Assembly (NCBI GenBank): GCA_002269645.1
Contig: NIVC01002102.1
Span: forward strand, 140,361-204,360
DNA from: Macrostomum lignano
Lineage: Eukaryota
DNA length: 64,000 nt
Reading direction: 5' to 3'
This document shows positions 31,401-41,229 of the stretch, in pieces (position 1 is the first letter of the stretch; each line of letters opens with the position of its first letter). Made by a program: the position numbers and the translations under genes. The notes below the pieces were generated by a model. It made no database searches, was not told the DNA's origin, and saw only the letters and a program-made list of their open reading frames with translations.

Positions 31401-32888
31401 GATCAAGATGGGTATGGAGAATTGTCCCGATCTGAATGGATACTGGGGAAACTATTGAAAAGCAACTCACTTTCTATCGCAGCGCACATCGATGGTGAAC
31501 TTCCTATCCCGGCAGTAGATATTCTCCAGGCTACTCCAGGAATAGCAACACCGATAGTGCCGCCTGTCGTTATAATCGTAAACCGACACGCCCCGATGGC
31601 TAAAGCCTAGCCACCAGGGTAAGCCGCTCGAATCCGTGACGCTGTACTGCGACTGACCGAAATTTGGCAGCCCAGAGGCCAGTCGCAGGTAGGCCCGTAT
31701 GGCGTCTTCTCGGCTGCGCTGGCCGCTGTCAGACAGCTGGAGATAGGCGACCACCGTTTGCTGCTCGCTGTGGATCGGGTGGAGGGGGTGGCGGGCGAGG
31801 TTTGGCGTCGCTGGTCTCGTCTGCAGGCCCTGGTTTGGGTGGGACTGCTGTCCTCTGTGTCTGAACTCTGGCGTGTGTCTGTTTAGTGTCTGTCTGTCTC
31901 TCTCTAGTGTCTGCCTGTCTCTCTCTAATATCTGTCTGTCTCTCTCTAGTGTCTGCCTGTCTCTCTCTAGTGTCTGCCTGTCTCTCTAATGTCTGTCTGT
32001 CTCTCTCTAATATCTGTTTGTCTCTCTCTAGTGTCTGCCTGTCTCTATCTAATGTCTGTCTGTCTCTCTCTAATTCTGCCTGTCTCTAACTATGTCTGTC
32101 TGTCTCTCTCTAGTGTCTGCCTGTCTCTATCTAATGTCTGTCTGTCTCTCTCTAGTTTCTGCCTGTCTCTAACTATGTCTGTCTGTCTCTCTTTAGTGTC
32201 TGCCTGTCTCTCTCTAGTGTCTGTCTGTCTCTCTCTAGTGTCTGTCTGTCTCTCTCTAGTGTCTGTCTGTCTCTCTCAGCATGTCCGGCAGGGTAAGGTC
32301 TGTGCCAGGCCACTCACCAGTACTCAAGCGACGGGTGCCGCTGCAGCAGGCTGACGGGGAACAGACAGTGCTGCCTCAGATCGGCAATGGCCGTGGTATT
32401 GCTATTTAGGCAAAAAATAGAATCGGATAATTCAATTAAAATCCATGCGCACGAAACGTGGACACAATAATATTAATAACACAATTAATAAATATTGCTC
32501 ACTTAACAAAGTCGCCGTGCTCAGCCAGCAGCACCAGAGCGGCTAGTTGAAACACCTGTGCATCGCTGTCGCAGAGCAGATCGTCGTTATAAATTAACTG
32601 TCGGCACTGCAGATAGAACAGCTCGCTAAGCCGCCTGTCTGACAGCTCGGCCAGGCTTGGCGGGAAATGTTTAACGCGAAATTCTAATACTGGCGTGTCG
32701 CTTCGTTTGCAAGCTTCGCAGTCCAGCACTCGGAGTGGACGGGGCAGCCAGCACAGGTTATTGCTAGCTGTGCTAGATAGGGAAGATTGCTGTTGCTGCT
32801 GCTGGAAGCAGAGGCCAAAGCAGCGCCTGTCTTGCAGCATCAGCTGGGAGCAGACAAGGTCCAGTAGTTCGCTGGCAACCAGCTTGGG
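13129..32888 (-). CDS. frmd4: FRMD4-like FERM-domain and coiled-coil (cytohesin-binding type) protein; exons 32888-32503, 32401-32318, 31767-31471, 29287-29077, 25348-25171, 24215-23836, 21078-20884, 20125-19982, ~18385-18185, 18075-17990, 16907-16386, 13606-13508, 13432-13129; first exon not found
   Basis: The spliced translation follows FRMD4A/B motifs: PKLVASELLDLVCSQLML..CFG, HPSLEYCEQQ, LPNFG..Y.V.DSSGLPWWLGFSHRG...YDY, LENIYCRDRKF, SRWSFG...WFA...IFDFATSQHEF, and a coiled coil QQELAVHKALVEASTRL. Junction phases were checked by hand and are consistent. Confidence 0.88.
13508..13606 (-). CDS. frmd4: FRMD4-like probable penultimate exon
   Basis: Acceptor aatttcag|A; FSFDFEEEDENCRSLRKTQSLRS; 99 nt, phase 2/2. 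Confidence 0.5.
14105..14720. repeat. 22-bp minisatellite ccgttgctatgcatattataac
   Basis: Direct inspection. Confidence 0.9.
15335..16230. repeat. 33-bp minisatellite atctaactaaaattggacatctaggaggatgat
   Basis: Direct inspection. Confidence 0.95.
16386..16907 (-). CDS. frmd4: FRMD4-like exon (Gln-rich tail)
   Basis: IAATSEQQPPHQQQQQ...SMDSGYQD...RRRSSSVGDLSKELEK; donor GA|gtacgt. Confidence 0.7.
17035..17980. repeat. 19-20-bp minisatellite tctacctctctcatcccta
   Basis: Direct inspection. Confidence 0.9.
17990..18075 (-). CDS. frmd4: FRMD4-like exon
   Basis: Acceptor ttcttcacag|ACG; TSQDEQCLSVSASQNSSLL; donor AG|gtgaga. Confidence 0.7.
18185..18385 (-). CDS. frmd4: FRMD4-like exon (boundaries uncertain)
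   Basis: ISKKIQEVRDALCFAAEDAAAAAS...; acceptor at 18386 or 18395; a phase-0 donor GCG|gtcggt is required by the next exon. Confidence 0.65.
18438..19958. repeat. 22-bp minisatellite cctctccctgcatcccacctgt
   Basis: Fills almost the whole intron between exons 19982 and 18385. Confidence 0.95.
19982..20125 (-). CDS. frmd4: FRMD4-like exon (coiled coil)
   Basis: LEQLQQELAVHKALVEASTRLLREAKESRQPRQLKKKRIAECQLAKER; 144 nt, phase 0/0. Confidence 0.85.
20168..20385 (+). mobile_element. tRNA-derived CORE-type SINE copy 1
   Basis: B-box GGTTCGATTCCCG followed by gtgcccttgagcaagacactcaac...ctgtaaaataggt, similar to the MIR/CORE core; tail shared with the copy at 40.3 kb. Confidence 0.75.
20606..20787. 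repeat. GA-rich low-complexity tract
   Basis: (gagag/gagga)n. Confidence 0.85.
20884..21078 (-). CDS. frmd4: FRMD4-like exon
   Basis: ALANNSQ...ESQLQQQ; donor CAG|gttagt; 195 nt, phase 0/0. Confidence 0.75.
21272..23803. repeat. 23-bp minisatellite tctacagacactcaaataagata, ~2.5 kb, with higher-order blocks
   Basis: Direct inspection; the variant unit ...caagcaagaca... recurs in fixed contexts. Confidence 0.97.
23836..24215 (-). CDS. frmd4: FRMD4-like exon (start of coiled coil)
   Basis: LLERYRELRSLLAELRTRKADREEELARLIAQEK; acceptor tctttcag, donor AAG|gtttgt. Confidence 0.85.
25001..25115. repeat. 23-bp minisatellite ttaataacagggaaattctcagg
   Basis: About 5 copies. Confidence 0.85.
25171..25348 (-). 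CDS. frmd4: FRMD4-like exon (low-complexity linker)
   Basis: Acceptor ttctcccag|GTG, donor T|gtaaga; phases fit both neighbours. Confidence 0.7.
26115..27120. repeat. 27-bp minisatellite gtgtctcaaggcggtacaaggtcgatt
   Basis: Direct inspection; variants grade along the array. Confidence 0.95.
27672..28130. repeat. 23-bp minisatellite gttaagtggcgattctcatgacc
   Basis: Direct inspection. Confidence 0.95.
28915..29045. repeat. Short degenerate gaagaattccc...tgaa(t/a)aattcc repeat
   Basis: Multiple GAATTC-containing units. Confidence 0.7.
29077..29287 (-). CDS. frmd4: FRMD4-like exon (end of FERM C lobe)
   Basis: APLSRWSFGKGDRIASRCWFADSAQTARRIFDFATSQHEF; donor AGG|gtaaga. Confidence 0.85.
29345..29955. 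repeat. 43-bp minisatellite gggcccttgatgaggggacactacctcagctactactagtaca (~14 copies)
   Basis: Direct inspection. Confidence 0.95.
30955..31028 (-). mobile_element. tRNA-like SINE head or pseudo-tRNA
   Basis: The - strand has GTAGCCCAGTGGTCTAACGCG (A-box) and GACTCGATTCC (degenerate B-box); no convincing acceptor stem. Confidence 0.5.
31040..31430. repeat. Degenerate gggatc/gggatt low-complexity repeat
   Basis: Direct inspection. Confidence 0.75.
31471..31767 (-). CDS. frmd4: FRMD4-like exon (FERM C, PH-like lobe)
   Basis: EQQTVVAYLQL...GLPWWLGFSHRGVSVYDYND...FTIDVRCDR; donor AA|gtgagt. Confidence 0.9.
31880..32278. repeat. TCTG-derived ~22-bp repeat ctctctagtgtctgcctgtct
   Basis: Direct inspection. 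Confidence 0.85.
32318..32401 (-). CDS. frmd4: FRMD4-like exon (FERM central lobe)
   Basis: NTTAIADLRQHCLFPVSLLQRHPSLEY; donor TG|gtgagt. Confidence 0.85.
32503..32888 (-). CDS. frmd4: FRMD4-like exon (FERM N and central lobes)
   Basis: Acceptor cctaacag|CCC; EFRVKHFP...ELFYLQCRQLIY...QLAALVLLAEHGDF; donor AA|gtgagc. Confidence 0.9.
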
Positions 32889-32959
32889 CTGTTAGGATTT
32901 GATGTTTAAAAAATGTTAAAATTAAAGTTGAGTGGTTTAATCCTCGATTAAGCTATAGG

Positions 32960-33178
32960 GAGTTTTAGCCTAGTGCTTGGAGCGTCGGACTCACGACTGG
33001 AAGGTCGGAGGTTCGATTCCCGATTCACTCGGAGGTCGGAACAATTTGTGTCCTTGAGCAAGACAATTAAACTCTGCATTGCTTCAGTTCACCCAGCTGT
33101 AAAATGGGTGCCAGCATTAGCTGGGGTAATTGAGGGTGTGTGTGGCGACCCCCAGCACTTGGACTGAACAGCCGTACA
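32960..33178 (+). mobile_element. tRNA-derived CORE-type SINE copy 2 (most complete tRNA head)
   Basis: A-box-like TAGCCTAGTGCTTGGAGCG, B-box GGTTCGATTCCCG, then gtgtccttgagcaagac...cacccagctgtaaaatggg. Confidence 0.8.
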
Positions 33179-33199
33179 CAAGCTCGAAACTTTATAGGC

Positions 33200-35500
33200 T
33201 CGAAATTTTACATTGTCAAAAAGTCTTGTCAGTCACATCATAAGTTCGAATCTCAAAAACTCATATCCCTTTTTACATTTGCAGGCTAACAGGGCTAACA
33301 GGTAAGTGACCAAAAATGATTGAAGGTCTACAATAAAGCAAAATCCAAGGCGCAACTTACCCTAACAAATATTGACACAGTGCTACCATCAAGCAGCAGT
33401 ATTGAAACTTTCTTTCCTTCAGAACTAGAGAACATGGCTGTTTAGCAACAATTGTATTTCATAACTAACAAAATTCCAATTTAAGATTAGAAAGCATCAT
33501 TTAGTTTTTACCAAACAAGCTAGTCATGAAAGGGTTTAGTTTTAATTATTTTTATGTCAGTAAAGTTAAAAATTCAAATGATATAATAAACACAATTGCC
33601 TTTTGAGAGTATAAAAATGAAATAAATATGAAAAATGATTATGAAATGGAATTGAAAAATGGGCCCTAGCTATGTTTAATGAAAAGTTTCAAATTGTTTT
33701 TATTCTACATCTATTAAAAAACCTAGCATCCTGATATTAAAAAGGTAATAGACTTAATAGACTAGGGTTAAACCCTACAATCTTGATTTTGGCCTTGGCA
33801 GCTTAATCTAGCTAGATCTGTTGTTACGTGAGGTGCATGGCCAGGTAACACAAGACTTGTTAGAGGACCATTGAATGCAAACTGCTGAGTTAATCAAGGC
33901 TGCTTAGAAGTCAGGTGTCAATCAACAGATGGCATGCAAGCAGCAACAGGCTTGTGACAAAGTGAATACCATTACCATTGATAATGCCCTAAATGTGCAG
34001 GCACAAATGACCAATCAAGCTGTGGGCCAGCTGCCACAATGCCTGACAATGCTGGCATTGATGCTGGCATGGCCCCCATTGGCAATTTAAACTAGACTGG
34101 GTACACTAAACTGGTCAGATAGCTAAAAGTTATCTGGCGCAGTACATGCCAAAGTATGATATATACTTAGGGAGCCAGCTCAAAGTGCAGATGAAAAGTT
34201 TTACTCCTAGACCCAAAGAACTTACTGTGCCTTGTTTTTTTTCATGTAACTTTTTCTGCTTAACCTGTCATTCTATGAGGGAACTGCTAGCTTCTGCTTT
34301 TTTCTCTATTGCTATTTTACCTCCAATAATCAGCGCATTTTATGCCCTGATTTCTTTGTGCATTACATGTTTGCTTTCCCTATTTGTGTACCTGTGATTA
34401 ACTAGTAGCTATGGAAAAAGAGTATCAATGTAGCTTGTTGTCTAGCAACCTCTACAACACCTCGTTCAAGTGCAACTTGGCCAATTATGCTACAGATTTT
34501 GGTAAAAAGAGTACTGGTCTGCTTATCTCGACTATTGCAATGGTGATTATGTCTATCAAGGCAATAATGATTATTTATTAGATGCAACTGTTAATGACAG
34601 CATCGCTAGTGACTCTGCCTTATCCCAGTGTAAATGCGGAGCACTGCATCTTAATTTGATTAGCATGCCTAGCAACAAGAAGTATTGAGAAGTATTCTGA
34701 CTTTGTCAATGGGCCAAATAAAACCATGCCATCAGTGTGTGCTAGCCATCTGCTTAACAGGGCACATAACCTGGGGCAAGGTAAATTTTGGGACAATGCT
34801 ATGCAATCTGTCCTGCTTATATTTCCCATAAGGTCTTTTGATCATACACTAGTGATGTGCTTACTTTTTGCAGTTAGCAATCCCAATGATTAGTGAGGTT
34901 ATCAACAACTCATGGTAGCTAATAGAGCCTGTTGCCTTACAGTTGATGGTTTTGCCAAATATACCAATACTAAGATGGTGTTTGTGGCTTTGTGCCACAC
35001 AGTAGTGGGTTGACGGCTCTGCCATGATGGTCGCAGTTGTTGCATTATGAGTGTACTTAGAAATGGCAACTGGCTGCAACAGTATACTTACTGACTAGGA
35101 GGCTGATATCCAGAAATGATGCCTCAAAGCCTTGAGGACCTTCTAGATAATGATGACTATTACTGCAAGCTAGAGGATGCTCTAATAGTCCACATGTATA
35201 AACTGGTCCCCAAGCATGTTTGTGATATTAGCTAGGAGCATATGTTGCCACACATTTCCAGCATATAGCATATGAGTACATTTATAATTTTCACCCTTTG
35301 TTAATGTCTCATGTTTAACATTTGATTTATTTCAACTGGCTTTCACTGTGGGGGCAAAAGTGTACTGTGCCAATAGTAAGCGCATTTTTCACTTAAACAA
35401 GCATGGACTATTTGAAGGTTTGCCATCTGATGATATGCTAAATAGCTTAATTTGAAGCCATGCTTAGTATTTGTAAGCAGCAAAAGGCAAGCCTAGTAAG
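33200..35500 (+). pseudogene. Heavily mutated transposon-like coding remnant
   Basis: + strand frame ~34500-35270 reads as protein interrupted by stops (e.g. YLDYCNG..., RACCLTVDGFAKYTNTKMVFVALCH). + strand micro-exon tttgcag|gctaacagggctaacag|gtaagt near 33285-33302. Family not identified. Confidence 0.35.
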
Positions 35501-35510
35501 TCACATGAGA

Positions 35511-36556
35511 TAGAGGTGTCACAAGACTTCGATGATACGAGATTTGAGACAAGATCTTGACATTATTTCTTGTCTCAAGAAATCTGGACTTTTGTAAAAA
35601 AATTGAGATGAGATTCAAGAAAATTGAGAAGATTGCTAAAAATGAAATTTTTGATTAAGAAAATATATGAAAGGGCAAATATTTTCTTCAAAACACCTAA
35701 ATACTATTGTTGAACCTGTGCTTTTTGTTTGAATATTTCAGCAAGACAATTTTCAAATTGATAAATTCTATGATAGGTTAGGTTAGTTGAGCAGTTTTAT
35801 ACTAGGTGAACACTTAAAATCTGGATGTCTCTAAATGTTTATATTTTGTGGGGTTATAAACAGGATAACCAAACTTTTTAACAGGGAAATATTCAACAAG
35901 AAACAGGAATCATCATAGAGTTAACAATAAGCCAATTAAAAGCCATTAGTGTGTACCCTGCGAATCTGCGACCTGACCTTGCCTTCTTCGTAATGATTCA
36001 GAATGGCGTAGACTGTGGAGTGTGCCAACCTAACCTCAGCAAAGTACTTAGCAATGGCATGGTTGCTCTGTCCAGGGTACTTAGTTTTGTACTATATGAC
36101 CAGGCGTCTGCACTGTTTTTTGTTATGTGACTGCATGGCCTGTTAGGGTTTGAGCTACTAGTTTTGCTGTTGCAGAACTGATAGCTAGTGAGTGTGAGAG
36201 CATCTCAGTAAGTTTCTGGCTTCATAGCAGCTAGCAGCTGCTGTCTATGGCCTAAACTTGGAAAGTCCAGATTTTAAGTGTTTACCTAGTATCATCATAA
36301 TAAATGTAAACATTGTTATAAATGCTAATATACAAACTTGTACTAATACATTTTTGTTATTGTTTTAGTTCCACAACAAGGTGATTTGGCAGCAGACTCA
36401 AAGGATCTGCTGATCCTATGGTATATTTGTTGTAATGAGATATATTATATTTTTTCAAATTTATTTTTAATCTTGTCTTGTCTCAAAATTTCTTAACTTC
36501 AAACTTTCTCATCTCGAATCTTATCTTGGTCCAAATCTCAATTTCTAACAGCTCTA
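35511..36556. mobile_element. Non-autonomous hAT-type element, ~1.05 kb
   Basis: Imperfect TIRs TAGAG(G/C)TGT(C/T)A(C/G)AA; perfect 8-bp TSD ACATGAGA at 35503-35510 and 36557-36564; subterminal (t)gagac/aagat motifs. Confidence 0.8.
35802..36289 (-). mobile_element. Tc1/mariner-type deletion derivative nested in the hAT element
   Basis: TIRs CTAGGT(G/A)AACACTTAAAATCTGGA flanked by TA. The - strand encodes the HTH-like fragment SNHAIAKYFAEVRLAHSTVYAILNHYEEG. Confidence 0.7.
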
Positions 36557-39500
36557 ACATGAGATACTTGTCTTGATTTCTTACTATATACTAATTTGCT
36601 AGCCATGGTTTTATATATTATAATAGTAAAAACAGACATACACTAACAGAGTTTTCTTTTTTATAGGTAAAGATATGAAACATAATTAGGCCCTAATTAA
36701 TCAGTTCATATTACCACATTATTAAAAAGGCTTATCTAACTATATTAAATCTCTAAAGTTTGATAAATTAGTAAAATCTTTAAAACTTATTAGAATTTTA
36801 AAAAGAATTATAATTAGTATTTATACATGCTAGAATAAAAATCAACTGTTTAAAAAATTATATACCAATACTAAGATTCTTATGCCTATGTCATGGCTAA
36901 TAAGATATTATTAAAAATATTATATTTATTTGAACTGCCAACCCAAGTTTATGACAAAAATTTCTATTATTTTTTGTGATTGATTGATAGTATAATATAA
37001 CTATAATATAATATAAGTTATGGCTATGAGTTAATGAGTATATAAGCATAATAACAGATGGTATATTAACCTTGTTAGTAAATTAATTTTTACCAACTTT
37101 ATATCACTCAAATGATTGTTAGTATCCTAGGGCCTAGCCAAAGTTCTACTTTTTTAGTATTTGCCAAATTTAACAAAGTTAATGCATATAAAACACTAAA
37201 AGTTTAGGCTGCTTTGTCTTAGGCCTAGTTTTAGACATATTTACCAAACTAAACAAACAAATCTCAATATAGTAGATCTTCAGTGAACCGATTATTACTA
37301 ACTAGGCCCGAGGCCTAGCCTAGATGGTAGATTAAACTGCTAAATTAAAATGTTATATTTTTTTGCATTTTGTCTAATCCAAATCTTAAACCATTCGATG
37401 GCTACTATAGCTCTAGTACGTGATTATCAAGTTTTTTTCTTAACGATGCAACACTTAAATAAGTCTACAGGAACTGATAGTGAGCTCAGTAGGCTAAAAG
37501 ACCTACAACCGAAACGCGAAACCTACGTCCTAGGAAAGACAAGTAGGCCTAGATAATAATTACTTGAAATAACATTTTTAGTAATTTAGTCTATAGCCAT
37601 AAGTTTTTAACAAAGTCTATGTTATGCATTCATTTAATAACGCGATATAAATTTACCACATATAAATTCAAGATTCGAAGAAAGGGACAACACAACACGA
37701 TAAAGGCCCACGTGCCTAATTAGTTTCTAGAGGCCATTGAATTTGAAAGTATGCAATTTTTACACAATGAAGTTAACAAATTCATTTTTGCACTTTGCAA
37801 CAAATACATAAATGTATCACGCTATAAAATTATACAGCTATCTGTCAAAATTAGCACAATTACAGTAAAAAATGTTTGAATGCAACTTCTTGCATGCCGC
37901 TTAAATACCTCATGCCTCATGCAAACGATCCTGTCAATTTACAAATTTCAGTTCTTGTCTTGAAAATTTACACCCCTAAGAATTTTTAATTGAAAATGGT
38001 TTAGGAACTCTTTGAAAAACGCGATATAATTTGAATCCAATCGGTTCGGTAGCTCTTAGTTACGTTTTAGCTAAAAGCTAGCCTACATGTAGGTCATGAC
38101 GTCGTCATTGACGTGAGATGTGTTATTTTTCTCATCTGACTTACATGCATAACAAGACAAAATTTTTTTTCTGATTGTGGAAAGAATCAATACTATCATA
38201 ATTTTACTACTTCCACTATAGAATACAGTTGTGTGTACCAATATAATAATATGCATTTAGTTAGCTTGGATTCAAAGGGTTGAAAGGGTCCCAACCCAGA
38301 ACCCCGTGCAGCACGCGATTCTAGCTACGTTCCTAAACAACGTCTTCCAAAAATGCTGGTTTACATTACTGGTAGTAGCTCCACAGGGTCAAAGATTTTT
38401 CAAGTCAAATTAGTTGGTTCAGACCCATTTTTAAAACCGATTGAGGACTTAGACCCGCAACATGTACCATGCAGCTACAAGCTATGTCTACCGTCCTTAA
38501 GGTTTTGTGGCTCTTAAAAAAGGAGTGACTATTTTCTATGTCCACGTTTCAAGTAACGAATTACAGTAGTGTAATAAATATAGATTACTGCATTAATACA
38601 AGGGCTACTGTTGCCTTGCATTTATTTTAATATGCAATACAAGCGATCATTGATAAAATTAGACTACTTATTTTTCGCCTACATCGAAACTGTGCCTATA
38701 TTTGCATGGCCAGCGAGGAAATTCTTATCAGTAAAAACAAGCACACTACACGAATAATAAATACCGTTTATTCTCAAATCGAGAGAACGTGCTCTATTTG
38801 ACCATACCGAATAGCAAACAGAAAATAAAAATCACAGAAGTCAAAATTAATGTCAAAATTATTATGGTCATAATGACCGAAAGCAAGACATCGTATCAAA
38901 GCAATACTTGAATATTTTATTGACACATCTAGAGACAGTGAAAGGCGCAAACAATACTAACTGGACGCATATTTAAGAGCCTATAGTTTTGCAGTTTTTT
39001 TACTGAATGTAGCGGATGTAAAGCAACTTGTGGCTAATACAGTCCGGAAACTTCTGCAACAGCCCTCGTAGTTTTCTTAATATCATTATTGTTCTTGCGA
39101 GCTAATTGTAACAATAAATAAAAATGCCGCATACATACTTTAAACAAATTTGACTGAATAAAAAAATTACATTGCTAAGGTTGGTAATTGCATAAAAAAT
39201 TAAAGCATTACTGTTTATATAAAACAGTTAATAGTACTTAATAGTTGATAATTAATCAATATCACACAAGATAATTAGACGGGCAGGTAACAGGTAGGTT
39301 CAATTTAATAAATATCTGTATTATTATTGACAATTATTTATTGGCACAAAAACGGCCAGTCAGTTACTGGATAATCGTTGAGCATAACAGCAAGACTGCA
39401 ATTTCGAATGTTCATATATCGCAGTAAAACAGCTGTTACCGGCCATAGCAAAACAACATTTATAAAGCGTTAAATCACGCGCACATTGCCCTTTGGGAAT

Positions 39501-40097
39501 CCCCGGGTCAAACCTTCGTTACTACTGGCAACGCGCGTACGCAATAAATCACGTGACTACTGTCTAAAACAGTGTGTGCATCTGCGAGCTATGTACAGGT
39601 TGCAAAGTCCTTTCTACTCCAGTCCAGAGGTGGCACCCAATCACAGCAAGGGTTGTGGGCGCTGCGGCAAATCAACCAATGTCATGTCCATTCCGATTAA
39701 CAGTAAACACTGAGCACACACGCGCTCCCACGGGTTCTCTATCTGATCGTCAGGCAGCGTACACACTCCTGTCTTTGGGGGTTGGCCCTTATAGTCGAAA
39801 AATTATTTAACGCTTGCTTGCTACTTGCTACTCAAGTAGCACTGGAAACTACATTTCTAAGAAATTTTTTAAGAGCCAGGTTTTACAGAAAAAAACCTTC
39901 GGAGATAGGAAGTCTTACTTAATTTTTTTCAGCACAAAAATTGTTATTGCTTTTGATAGGAGGCAGACGCAATGTTCATCTTTTGATATATCTTGCCTTT
40001 TTTATAGCTCTTTTAATAGTTGTAGACTCGTAGAGCTTTTCGTTTAGAAAAATAGAATTCAAAGTGATTTTTGTATCCTTTTGCTGTTTTATTCTGT

Positions 40098-40350
40098 TCG
40101 GGGGTTCGATTCTCGATTCATGCACTCGGAACAATTTGTGTCCTTGAGCAAGACACTTAACTCTGCAATGCTTCAGTTCACCCAGCTGTAAAATGGGTGC
40201 CAGCATTAGCTGGGGTAATTGAGGGTGTGTGGCGACCCCCCCCCCCCAGCACTTGGACTGAACAGCCGTACGCAGCCTTCAGATGCAACGCGCAATAGCT
40301 GCGGCTGAGCTGTCGGTTGCACATCTGCCCATTCGGACAGGTGTAATAAA
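40098..40350 (+). mobile_element. tRNA-derived CORE-type SINE copy 3
   Basis: ggttcgattc...gtgtccttgagcaagacacttaactc...ctgtaaaatggg; tail gctgtcggttgcacatctg.ccatt.gg.caggtgtaa. Confidence 0.8.
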
Positions 40351-40619
40351 TTATTAATATTGCTGATTTATTTATTCTGCTACAAATTTTGTTCTAGTCA
40401 GCTAAGAAGGATATAAATAGATCAACATAGAATACTAAGAAAGGCAAGACATACCAAAATACGAACACAGGGTCTGCCTCTTATCAAATGTAATAACAAT
40501 TTTAGCCGTTTTTCGGTTTAACCTGCCTCCTAAATTCTATTTTTTGACCAAAATGAGCCCTTTATTATGCTGAAACGCCGTTGTAGCAGCTCAGCTCTTA
40601 ACAGTGGCCGAAGCTACAG

Positions 40620-41229
40620 TTAATTCCTGCCCAGCATCTCCCACACGATGCGTCGCCATTCCTCAACGCTGAACTCGCATTTCTCGAGCTCGTCAACAAA
40701 CAAATGCCCATCCGGCTCGTCCTCCGGATCGTGATAGCGCGCCAAATACGGATGCTGCAGAGCCTGCGCGGCCGTGATCCGCTTAGCCGGGTCGAGGGTC
40801 AGCAGCCGCTGCAGCAGGTCCATCGCGTCGGCGTCCATCCCGGCGCAGAGGTCGGCTAGCGGCGTTCTCTGCACCGTATTGGCCTGGCGCAGCACTGTCA
40901 GAAACTCGATCGCATCTCTAGATTGAATCCTGGCTAAGTAATCCTCATCGGGGAAGCCGGTGACGGACAGGATGCGGATCATGTGATCCGAGTGGATGCT
41001 GCAGGGGAACAGCGGCTGGCCTTTGAACATCTCGGCCATGACGCAGCCAACTGACCAGATGTCGGATTGTAGTCCGTACTGCTCCCACTCCAGCATCATT
41101 TCCGGGGCGCGGTACCACCTGGTAACAACGTAGCCAGTCATCTGATCGTCGCGTTCGCGCGATAGGCCCAGGTCAAGGATGCGCAGGTCGCAGTCCTCTG
41201 TTACAGCCAGATTTCCCGGCTTAATATCT
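40620..41229 (-). CDS. mapk14-like (p38): p38 MAPK terminal exon (C-lobe)
   Basis: DIKPGN...DLG...TGY...APE...; stop TAA at 40622-40620. Confidence 0.93.

Noticed and set aside
30955-33050. Functional tRNA genes at 30955-31028 and 32960-33025
   Set aside because: Degenerate boxes, no complete acceptor stem; the second continues into the SINE core.
37441-38520. Candidates for the FRMD4-like first exon (GRRFRVSV near 37530) and + strand ORF MLVYITG... near 38354
   Set aside because: The first has a stop or wrong phase before a usable donor; the second is on the wrong strand, short and unrecognised.
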